64,000 nt of DNA from Candidatus Woesebacteria bacterium GW2011_GWC1_42_9 (lineage in GTDB: Bacteria; Patescibacteriota; Microgenomatia; UBA8517): NCBI GenBank assembly GCA_000995185.1, contig LCET01000003.1, positions 6,989 to 70,988 of the forward strand, written 5' to 3'. Shown piece after piece: positions 8,377-16,420 of this stretch. The notes under the pieces were generated by a model. It had not been told where the DNA came from and did not search any database. It saw nothing but the letters and a program-made list of their open reading frames with translations. The position numbers and the translations under genes were made by a program. How positions within the stretch are numbered: position 1 is the first letter of the stretch; every line of letters starts with the position of its first letter.

Positions 8377-10645
8377 GATATTACTTATAGGATTGCCCGC
8401 ATTTGAGGTTGATATGGCCGCTTGGATCGCCTGGGCGGAGAGATTAGGGGAGGGAAGCCTCGCGAATTTTTATTCTGATACAGTTTGGACGCAATACACT
8501 CCTGGATTTTTACATGCTTTGTGGATTTTTGAGAGGATTGGGATGGCGAATGAAGTCTTTATAAAACTTTTTGTTTTGTTTGGGGATATTTTCACTGCTT
8601 TCACGGTTTCATATATTGTGCGACTCACGACCAAGAAATGGGGAATGAATGCGGTAATAATATATTTACTCACTCCTCCACTCATCTTCGTTGGATCGAT
8701 CTGGGGACAAATTGACGGGTTTTTGACAATGTTAATTTTATTGGCGGTCTATTTTTTAATAGAGAAGAAAGACCTCCCCACTTCTAGCGTCTTTTGGGCC
8801 CTCTCCTTTTTAGTGAAGCCTCAGGCCTTAGCCGCCCTCCCTTTGTATTTATTAGTGATCCATAAATTTTCGCCAAAGATTGTTTTCAAGTCGGTGATTT
8901 GTAGTTTAGGAACGATATTGATAGTAAGCGCTCCTTTTTTCCCCCGCGACCCCTTATGGGGGTTCCCGAGATTAGTCCTTAAGATGAGCCAGCATTACCA
9001 CTTTGGGAGTATTTTTGCCTTTAACCTATGGGCTCTATTTGGGAAGACTTGGATCCCCGACGGCACGTATTTTATTTGGGGAATAATAATTTATCTTAGC
9101 TCGATTATAATTTTGATTGCCGCCTTTTTGAGATCAAAAAGGACTTCCTTGGAAATGTACTTATTTACAAGCCTTTGTTTTTTAAGCTTTTTTTTATTTC
9201 CCACAAGGATCCATGAGCGCTATTTGTACCCATTTTTTGCGTTCTTTTTGATTTTTATCATTATTTCCGATTTTAAGCATGGGCTTAAAATATATTTTGC
9301 TACCTCTCTTGTCTATTTAATTAATCTTTATCATCCATACGCTTACTACTCAACAAATTATTTGAGGATTGAGCCTCTCCTCTCCCTCACAGGGCACTTC
9401 ACTAAGCCAGCGGCAATATATTTTTTAGGATTGTACTTCTATCTGGTTATTTATCTGGGGAAATTTAAATTGCGGGTTCCCAAAATTGACATAAAGACAA
9501 TTCTGATATTTGCATTTCTTGCAAGGATTTTATTTTTAAATTCACCTCCGAATGAATATTTTGACGAGGTATATCATGCTTTTACTGCAAGAAGGATGCT
9601 TGCCGGAGATAGTTTAGCTTGGCACTGGAGCGGGGGTGCTCCAGAAGGGTTTGCATACGAGTGGACTCATCCCCCACTGGCCAAGCTTGGGATGGTTTCA
9701 GGAATGATTTTACTTGGGGAAAATTCTTTTGGGTGGAGATTTCCGGCGGCCCTTTTAGGGGCAGGCGCGGTTTACCTGGTTTATTTGATTGCGGAGAAAT
9801 TTTTTGGTAAGCGTGTGGCCCTATTGTCTGGAGGGGCATATGCGCTTGATGGATTAGTACTAGTCACAAGTAGGATCGGGATGAATGACGTTTATTTTTT
9901 GTTTTTTATGTTGGCTAGTTTTTATTTGTTTTTGGGCAAAAAACATTTTGTTTCGGCTCTTACCTTAGGGCTGGCGGCGGCGAGCAAATGGAGCGTATTG
10001 TGGTTTTTGCCTGTCCTTGCCCTCACCCATTTTGGACTAAAGCGAAAAATTGTTCGTGATTATGTTTGGTTTTTGATTTTGCCCCCTCTGATATATTTTG
10101 CAAGCTACACCCCCATGTTTTTTGCGGGGCTTGGACTGGCTGATTTTTGGGAGATGCAAAAGCAGATGTGGTGGTATCACACGAGACTTGTAGCGACACA
10201 CCCTTATACTTCTCCATGGTGGAGCTGGCCGATTTTACTGCGCCCGATATATCTTTATGTCGGAAACGATGGGAAGTTAGTTGAAAAGATATATGCGATG
10301 GGGAATCCGGCGATTTTTTGGGGCGGGATAATTGCCGTAATTTACTCGCTTCGAGAGGCAATCGCTTTTCGTGAGAAAAAGTTGCTAGTTATAGTCGGTA
10401 GCTATTTTATTTTCTTTGTTCCCTGGGCACTATCACCAAGAATAATGTTTTTATACCACTACCTCCCCTCAATCCCATTCATGGCAATATTAATTGGATA
10501 TGCACTTAGTAAGGATCAAAAATTGGTTTTGCCTTTTTATCTTTTTACTCTTTTACTCTTCCTATACTTTTATCCGCACTGGACTGGTGTGGCCATCCCA
10601 AAATGGCTTGATGAAACTTATTATTGGTTCCCAAGCTGGAGGTAA
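8351..10645 (+). CDS. Fused double GT-C glycosyltransferase: N-terminal GT87/Alg6-like domain plus C-terminal protein O-mannosyltransferase (PMT) domain
   Basis: N half: YTPG, WGQIDG, VKPQ, FNLW, IHERYL. C half: YFDEVY, HPPLAK, GWRFP, SKW, HPYTSPWWSWP, GNPAIFW, FLYHYLP. Start uncertain (8297, 8327 or 8351). Confidence 0.8.
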   Translation: MFLPTLIIRILLIGLPAFEVDMAAWIAWAERLGEGSLANFYSDTVWTQYTPGFLHALWIFERIGMANEVFIKLFVLFGDIFTAFTVSYIVRLTTKKWGMNAVIIYLLTPPLIFVGSIWGQIDGFLTMLILLAVYFLIEKKDLPTSSVFWALSFLVKPQALAALPLYLLVIHKFSPKIVFKSVICSLGTILIVSAPFFPRDPLWGFPRLVLKMSQHYHFGSIFAFNLWALFGKTWIPDGTYFIWGIIIYLSSIIILIAAFLRSKRTSLEMYLFTSLCFLSFFLFPTRIHERYLYPFFAFFLIFIIISDFKHGLKIYFATSLVYLINLYHPYAYYSTNYLRIEPLLSLTGHFTKPAAIYFLGLYFYLVIYLGKFKLRVPKIDIKTILIFAFLARILFLNSPPNEYFDEVYHAFTARRMLAGDSLAWHWSGGAPEGFAYEWTHPPLAKLGMVSGMILLGENSFGWRFPAALLGAGAVYLVYLIAEKFFGKRVALLSGGAYALDGLVLVTSRIGMNDVYFLFFMLASFYLFLGKKHFVSALTLGLAAASKWSVLWFLPVLALTHFGLKRKIVRDYVWFLILPPLIYFASYTPMFFAGLGLADFWEMQKQMWWYHTRLVATHPYTSPWWSWPILLRPIYLYVGNDGKLVEKIYAMGNPAIFWGGIIAVIYSLREAIAFREKKLLVIVGSYFIFFVPWALSPRIMFLYHYLPSIPFMAILIGYALSKDQKLVLPFYLFTLLLFLYFYPHWTGVAIPKWLDETYYWFPSWR

Positions 10646-10667
10646 CCGGTTCTGGTTGTCAGAATTT

Positions 10668-11552
10668 TTAGAGTACCAGGATTAATGCTCCGACGAAGAG
10701 AAGTATTGCGGCGCCGACTCCGACAAAGGTAGGCGTGCTTACTCCGGCATCAGGCAGGCTGGTCGATGGCGTGGCAGTTGGGGTAGCGGCCCTGGCAAGC
10801 GAGCAAGTGCAGTCGGTCTCATCATCACACTGTGGATTTCGGCAGCGATTTGAAACACAATCCATTCCGCTTGGACACTCATTGTCATTGGTGCAAGCGT
10901 CGTTGCAGACGATATCTTCATCTACTTCCGCGCAGACACAGTCGGTTTCGGCGCGGCAGTCTGGATTTCGGCAGGTATCTGAGGTACTGTCACAGACCAT
11001 CGAAGTCGGGCAGTCACTATTGTTGTCGCAAGTGTCATTACATTGAGGGTTATCCGCAGGTTGACAAGTCGTGGAATCAGGATTTTCATCAAGACGACAT
11101 CGAAGATTACCAGCATCATCGGTGTCAGAGCAAGTAAAATCAGGATCAACAGCCACACATTCGGCATTTGTCGTACAAGAGTCATTGCAACTATCAGGTA
11201 CGACCGGCGCTTGACAGTCAATCTCATCTGGGTAGGCAGTTAAGCGACAGCTATCGTCAACACCATCATCATCAGTGTCGACACAAGTGTGGTTGGCCTC
11301 AGTGCAGTCCGTGTCATCGGTACAGGGATCATTGCATCCAGCTGTCTCTGCGGTAGTGGTGAAGGTGAGATCACAAGTATTGGTGAGAGTCGGAGCCGCG
11401 GCGCCTGGGATCGATTCAGGGGCAGATGGTGCTACCCTCTGGGACCTTAGGGAATAAAGCCTTACGGCCGTGAAGATTGCTATCCCCCCAAGAACCAAGG
11501 TGGAAACTAAAATTATTACGGTTACTTTATTTCTTTTTATAAAATCTAACAT
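10668..11552 (-). CDS. Acidic Cys-repeat surface protein with N-terminal TM and C-terminal LPDAG+TM sorting-like signal
   Basis: Four CNDxC repeats; ATPTATP linker; LPDAG at 10743-10757 followed by a hydrophobic tail. Confidence 0.8.
   Translation of the reverse strand: MLDFIKRNKVTVIILVSTLVLGGIAIFTAVRLYSLRSQRVAPSAPESIPGAAAPTLTNTCDLTFTTTAETAGCNDPCTDDTDCTEANHTCVDTDDDGVDDSCRLTAYPDEIDCQAPVVPDSCNDSCTTNAECVAVDPDFTCSDTDDAGNLRCRLDENPDSTTCQPADNPQCNDTCDNNSDCPTSMVCDSTSDTCRNPDCRAETDCVCAEVDEDIVCNDACTNDNECPSGMDCVSNRCRNPQCDDETDCTCSLARAATPTATPSTSLPDAGVSTPTFVGVGAAILLFVGALILVL
10803..11336 (-). repeat. Four tandem C-N-D-x-C-x4-[DE]-C...C...C-R protein repeats (6, 6, 8, 8 Cys)
   Basis: GCNDPC, SCNDSC, QCNDTC and VCNDAC units in the translation. 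Confidence 0.85.
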
Positions 11553-11564
11553 TTAATTTAATAG

Positions 11565-13193
11565 TTAAAACCAACCAATAGTCGCGTCTGTGTGATGTAA
11601 TTCAGCTGAAATAGTAAACGTTGTCGTCCCGGCGGGGATAGTGTATTCATCGTAAAATTCTTGAGTGTTTGGCCGCTTTTGGGTGACCGCAGTTCGCACG
11701 ATGCCGTTAATTGAAAATCTCGCGCGATCTAGTGTGCCGGAGGTGGTTGTCCCATTAGCTGTAAAGCGGACAATGTCCCCCTCTCTTAGTTCGGTTAAAT
11801 CGGCAGCGGTCAGAAGGACCCAATTGTTATCAAAGGCTTTAATGTTTAGGCATTGAGCGGCTATGGTGGTGTCGATAGCCCCTGAGGGAGTAGGTGTCGC
11901 ATCCCCAGATGGGGTTGGAGTGGCTTCACCGCACACACTCTGACCATTTTGGGCAATGGCAAGATTTGACTGTTGTATTCCATCAGAATTGACTACATCA
12001 ACTTGTTGTGAACCGCAGAAGCTGCTATCAACGCACTCTTGGCCACTTGTAGAAACGAGCTGACCGCCAGTGGCTGCTGTGCATCTCCCATCCTGAAGGA
12101 AAGTACTACATTGCCACTTTTGGACAGAGAATCCATTAGTGGTATCTGCGCTACAACAGCTTCCGGCGCAAGCATTTGTCCCTGCCGCCGGCGGCTCCCT
12201 GTCGGCAACCGCTACGCACCTAGGTGGGTAGTTTGGGTTAGTCCCAGGCCTGGGACAGTCTGCAAGTGACAAAACACAAGCATTGCGACTGTAACATCTA
12301 ACTGGGTACCCAGTACCTACGCAATTAGTATCATTGTAGTTATACCATGAACAGGCTAATCCAGATCCACAGCTTTGGATTGTCCATGTTCCATTTGTCT
12401 CCATCGTCCCACAAGTTTGCCCTGAGCCGAGCAACCCCGAAGGAACAGGGGTGGGAGCTGTGGTCTGGCTTGAGCAACTTACATCAATTTGGCAACCTGC
12501 ATCTGTTATATTTCCTGTGGCTGAGTCACATTGGTATGCATGTCTTTCTCCAGAGGGACAACCATTTTGCCCGCATCCGCTGGAGTAATACTGCCCATTG
12601 GGGCAGTTATCTACGGGAGTGGTTGGGCAACTGCTAGGATTAAATGCACCACAGTTAGTTGCATAACAAGGACTTTGTCCACTACAAGTGGAAGGATCGA
12701 CTTCTACGCATTGGCAGATGTACCCAGTGTTTTGTCCTCCTTCTGTTTGACACGAAGGATAAGTGCCTCCACAGCTAGAATCCGTACCTGTGTAAGCCCC
12801 TTGTTGGAAGAGTTGTTGTTGCTGAACGAGGGCTAGCCCTGCCCCCACGGCTGCAACCAAAACCAATACCCCCAGTATCCCACCAACTACTTTTTTATTT
12901 AGTTTTCTTCCTCCGCCTCCCCCGGAAACGGTAAATGGCTCTGGTTCGCTTGTTTCTGTGGTCGGGCTCGTATCTCCAGAGACCGGAGCAGACCCGCCAA
13001 ACGGCGAGCTATCGGGCGCTGGCGCCTCTCCGGTTGATAGCGGTGGCGGCGGGACAGTTGACATATCAGTCGGAGTATTCATTGGCGGCGGCGGCGGAGG
13101 AGTAGTCATCCCTGGGGTATCACCAGCAAGACCACTTGCCGATGAGGCGGGTGCAGTTCCTTGGGTTTCGTCTGTTTTGGCAGTAGGATCCAT
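11565..13193 (-). CDS. Membrane-anchored surface protein: Pro-rich N-terminus, TM, four Cys-rich modules, Thr/Pro linker, C-terminal beta-rich domain
   Basis: Poly-Pro N-terminus; TM at about aa 102-122; 31 Cys; ATPTPSG twice; ends in GWF. Confidence 0.8.
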   Translation of the reverse strand: MDPTAKTDETQGTAPASSASGLAGDTPGMTTPPPPPPMNTPTDMSTVPPPPLSTGEAPAPDSSPFGGSAPVSGDTSPTTETSEPEPFTVSGGGGGRKLNKKVVGGILGVLVLVAAVGAGLALVQQQQLFQQGAYTGTDSSCGGTYPSCQTEGGQNTGYICQCVEVDPSTCSGQSPCYATNCGAFNPSSCPTTPVDNCPNGQYYSSGCGQNGCPSGERHAYQCDSATGNITDAGCQIDVSCSSQTTAPTPVPSGLLGSGQTCGTMETNGTWTIQSCGSGLACSWYNYNDTNCVGTGYPVRCYSRNACVLSLADCPRPGTNPNYPPRCVAVADREPPAAGTNACAGSCCSADTTNGFSVQKWQCSTFLQDGRCTAATGGQLVSTSGQECVDSSFCGSQQVDVVNSDGIQQSNLAIAQNGQSVCGEATPTPSGDATPTPSGAIDTTIAAQCLNIKAFDNNWVLLTAADLTELREGDIVRFTANGTTTSGTLDRARFSINGIVRTAVTQKRPNTQEFYDEYTIPAGTTTFTISAELHHTDATIGWF

Positions 13194-13196
13194 AAT

Positions 13197-14549
13197 CTAA
13201 TTTGTGGCCTTGGCCGAAACAAAAACTCCAGCCAAAATCAAGCCTAATCCCATCGTAGCCAACAAAAGTGTTGGCGTCAAGTTCCCCGCTACAGGAGTGC
13301 CCGCGCCGGTTGCGGGGAGGCTCACTCGAGGCGTCGCTGATGGGGTTGCTGTTGCTTTGGTCTTGGGGGTTGCCGAAGGTGTGGCCTTTGGTGTCGCCGA
13401 CGGGGTGGATTCAAAGGCTGGCCCACTTGCGGCGCTAACGATGAAGTTCTTGGTAATATTGTGCAATATCCCGGCCGCATCGCGCCAGGAAAGTGTAACT
13501 GTGTGCTCTCCCTCTTCTAAGTCATCAGGCGGGGTCCACTCCCAGTTGCCGTTTGCATCGACAGTGACCTTATCCGTCTGAGGATCTGACCGGACAGTGA
13601 TAGTGATGATCTCACCAACTGGGCCTTCACCAAAAAACTCAGGGGTAGTGGTGGTGATTTCTTCATCTTCTTCTATGCTTTCGATTGTTACTGTGCCGCT
13701 TGCTGTTGCATCAAGTTCTTCATCGTCCCCCGTGTCAAACCCTGACGTTGTTGCGTCAAGGTCTTCGTCTTCTGGAAGAGTAAGCTCCGCGCTGGTCAAG
13801 CCATTTTCTCCGGAAATTTCTGTGTTTTTAAAATTGTATGTTTGCCCAAGAGTGATATTTGGGGTCGGGTTTGCAGTTTGCGGGTAGGCTTGGGCGGTAG
13901 CTACCCCACGGCTTGCCGCTTGGACAAAAATCTCGATCAAGGTAGCACTTGAATTTATCGTGGCGTGCGCAGATAAGTCAGGGGTTCTGGCGGGGGAAAG
14001 GGGGATAAGCCACCCCCCAGAGTTTGAAGTGGTGGTAGAGAGAGGGGAAAAACTGCCCGAATTAATAAAGACCAGCACCCCGATAGCCGGCTCTCCAGTT
14101 GCCGTAAGGACGGTGCCGGAAAGCATTTGCGTGGTGGTAGTTTGAGACAGGATCGGGCCGGTGGCTTGCTGCCAAGGAATCCCATTGTTGTCATAATTTT
14201 CTCCATCGGAGTTTATTTTAAAGAAATTGACGGCTCCCGGATCTAGCCCGTCGATGGTAATAGAGTGAATACCCTTGGGGGTAGTATCGCTTTCATACTC
14301 AGTATTGTCTAAGCTTGATTCGCTTTCGCCCCAGACGATGTAGCCAATAGTGTCTCGATCAGTAGTCCAGTTGACTGCAAAAGAGGCGCTCGTGATATTT
14401 GTGATCCTGACGTCTTTTGGCGCTGATTCAGGGCTTGCTCCAAGTTTGAAGACTTGGGCGCGCTGGACCAAAAACACACCCACTCCTAACCCGAGCAACA
14501 AAATTATTATTCCGATAATAGTGGGGATCCCACCAACTGCTTTCTTCAT
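13197..14549 (-). CDS. Surface protein with FN3 and Ig-like domains and a C-terminal LPATG/TPVAG+TM sorting-like signal
   Basis: PKDVRITNITSASFAVNWTT..HSITIDGL (FN3); TPEFFG..DANGNWEWTP..LEEGEHTV (Ig-like); TPSATPK repeats; LPATG at 13305-13319. Confidence 0.8.
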   Translation of the reverse strand: MKKAVGGIPTIIGIIILLLGLGVGVFLVQRAQVFKLGASPESAPKDVRITNITSASFAVNWTTDRDTIGYIVWGESESSLDNTEYESDTTPKGIHSITIDGLDPGAVNFFKINSDGENYDNNGIPWQQATGPILSQTTTTQMLSGTVLTATGEPAIGVLVFINSGSFSPLSTTTSNSGGWLIPLSPARTPDLSAHATINSSATLIEIFVQAASRGVATAQAYPQTANPTPNITLGQTYNFKNTEISGENGLTSAELTLPEDEDLDATTSGFDTGDDEELDATASGTVTIESIEEDEEITTTTPEFFGEGPVGEIITITVRSDPQTDKVTVDANGNWEWTPPDDLEEGEHTVTLSWRDAAGILHNITKNFIVSAASGPAFESTPSATPKATPSATPKTKATATPSATPRVSLPATGAGTPVAGNLTPTLLLATMGLGLILAGVFVSAKATN

Positions 14550-14554
14550 TGATT

Positions 14555-14905
14555 TTAAATTTGTGACCCAGCCGGGCTCGCTTCACTGGCAGAGGGGGTC
14601 GCTTCCTCCGTCGCTATCGGCACTTCTTCGGCGATCTCTTCCACCGGGGGCAATTCGGCCGGTTTGATAGTCGTATCGCCGATTTCGATTTCATTTAGGT
14701 ATATTCTATTTTGTAACCCGCCAAGGACTTCCGGGTCAAGTTTAAAAGTGAATCTTTGACTTTCGTCTTTCTCAAGAATTTCCTCAGGGACGGGGAAAGG
14801 GGGCTCCTTTGTAAAAACGCGATAAGTCTCGAAGCTTATCCAAATAACGACAGTAATAGCCGATAAGATGATGAGATTGACTACAAATGGTCTTTTGCTT
14901 TTCAT
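14555..14905 (-). CDS. Small single-TM protein in the PilP-like position after pilO
   Basis: N-terminal TM and acidic tail; overlaps the pilO stop (ATGA). Confidence 0.6.
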   Translation of the reverse strand: MKSKRPFVVNLIILSAITVVIWISFETYRVFTKEPPFPVPEEILEKDESQRFTFKLDPEVLGGLQNRIYLNEIEIGDTTIKPAELPPVEEIAEEVPIATEEATPSASEASPAGSQI

Positions 14906-15543
14906 TTTATAAAGTATGGCGTGACGGCTTCGATGATCATATTTAATCCCTCTACCCTTGCGTCATCTACAATCGAAATTGTAGTAGACCTGCCCACTAA
15001 AGGACGCCTCATCAGCTCAAGATTAGTCAAAAATGAAATTAGAGATGGGTACTCTCCGGCGGCGCTCATCAGAAATTCCATGTTCTTTGCTCCGAGGACT
15101 TTTTCTTCTCCTTCTTTTTCCCCTTTACTCTCTTCAAATAGAGGAGCTTTTTCGATATCAAAATTTGTGATTTCTACTCCGCTTCTTTGGGCGAGTCCCT
15201 CAATTTGGCGTATTTCACTAGCCGGAAGGGAGGAATCTGGGACCGCCGAGTCAAGGAGGTTAATAGTAGCTTGGTTGGCGTCATAATAAGCTTTGGCTTG
15301 GGTTAAATTTGTAATTTTTAGGTCCAGCGCCTGGACCACTTTTTCTTTCTCGCTAATTTCACTTCTAAGTTCTCCAATGGTTGCCAGGGTTGGCTTGATC
15401 GCAAAAGTGCCAAAGACCATTATCGCAATAAGTGAAAGAATAAGCTCCGTAAAAACCCGGACATCTGCCCGGGCACGGTAAGTCTTTGACATTTCGTAGA
15501 TATATTTTCTGGTTAATTGGGGAGACGCAAAGGATTGGGCCAT
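14902..15543 (-). CDS. pilO: Type IV pilus alignment protein PilO-like
   Basis: TM, coiled coil, then AVP..IEGLAQRSGV..GEYPSLISFLTNLE pattern of the PilO fold. Confidence 0.75.
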   Translation of the reverse strand: MAQSFASPQLTRKYIYEMSKTYRARADVRVFTELILSLIAIMVFGTFAIKPTLATIGELRSEISEKEKVVQALDLKITNLTQAKAYYDANQATINLLDSAVPDSSLPASEIRQIEGLAQRSGVEITNFDIEKAPLFEESKGEKEGEEKVLGAKNMEFLMSAAGEYPSLISFLTNLELMRRPLVGRSTTISIVDDARVEGLNMIIEAVTPYFIK

Positions 15544-15544
15544 G

Positions 15545-16096
15545 TCAGGTTTTTATTTCTATTTTTAAACTAAATTTCACAAAAGGGGTGTCTCTTTGAG
15601 TGCCAATTTCCGTGAGAGCAATATCTGTAAATAATTCATCTTTTTTTAGGTTAACAATAAGCTGGGAGATAGACTGCTCTGAAGTAGTTTGCCCGCTTAT
15701 GTTGATGTCTTCATCTGTAACTCTTAAAGATGTGAGCTGGATATCCCCGGGGATCTTGGAAACGATCGAAGTAATTGTGGGCACTCTTTGGTTTTGGCTT
15801 GCGGTATATTCCGTGAGTACTTCTGCTTTGGCCTGAATGTTTTTAAATTCTCTCTCAAATTCGGAAAATGAAGCGATGTAGGAGGACTTTTGCTCGAGGC
15901 TATGGTCAAGGTCCGCGTTTTTGGCATCAAAACTAAAGCGCGCCAAAAAGCTTCCAACCACAACGATTTCGACACTGATCACAATCATCCTGAAAGTGGT
16001 GATAGCCCACTTTAAAACACGTCCCGCGGTCGAGACCTCAAACTCGTCTTTTGGAAGAAGATTAATAACCCTTTTAGGTTTCTCTTTGGCAGGCAT
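15545..16096 (-). CDS. pilN: Type IV pilus alignment protein PilN-like
   Basis: INLLP N-terminal motif, TM, coiled coil, IPGDIQLTSL..ISG..F..FSL. Confidence 0.8.
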   Translation of the reverse strand: MPAKEKPKRVINLLPKDEFEVSTAGRVLKWAITTFRMIVISVEIVVVGSFLARFSFDAKNADLDHSLEQKSSYIASFSEFEREFKNIQAKAEVLTEYTASQNQRVPTITSIVSKIPGDIQLTSLRVTDEDINISGQTTSEQSISQLIVNLKKDELFTDIALTEIGTQRDTPFVKFSLKIEIKT

Positions 16097-16135
16097 CCTA
16101 ACCTCACTATAACACGGGGCAAACTGTGAAAGAAA

Positions 16136-16378
16136 TTATTTTTTCTTTGGGGTGAGTTTGGAGAGAGCGGACTTTATCCGGGCGGATTTATTTCTGTGGA
16201 TTATCTTTTTTTTAGCGGCGCGGTCGGCCAAAGAGATAGCCTTGATCACGTCAACTTGTTTTTTGGTTTTTTTGGCCATGCGGATAGCGATCTCTAAGTT
16301 CTTTCTGGTAAGATTATTGACAGAGGTCTTTCTTCTTGAGGACCTTAGGGCACGCTTTGCTGTGACGGTTACTGGCAT
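16136..16378 (-). CDS. rpsT: 30S ribosomal protein S20
   Basis: MPVTVTAKRALR..DRAAKKKIIHRNKSARIKS; upstream minus-strand TTGATA-17-TATACT promoter. Confidence 0.92.
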   Translation of the reverse strand: MPVTVTAKRALRSSRRKTSVNNLTRKNLEIAIRMAKKTKKQVDVIKAISLADRAAKKKIIHRNKSARIKSALSKLTPKKK

Positions 16379-16420
16379 ATTAGTAATCATCAAGTATAAT
16401 CGAGGCCAAGTTAAATATCA

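Noticed and set aside
13320-13410. DNA tandem repeats as a mobile or CRISPR-like element
   Set aside because: Degenerate at synonymous positions; they simply encode TPSATPK linker repeats
14490-14549. Class III (pilin) signal peptide in MKKAVGG/IPTII
   Set aside because: Lacks the G/F and Glu+5 pattern; better read as an ordinary signal anchor
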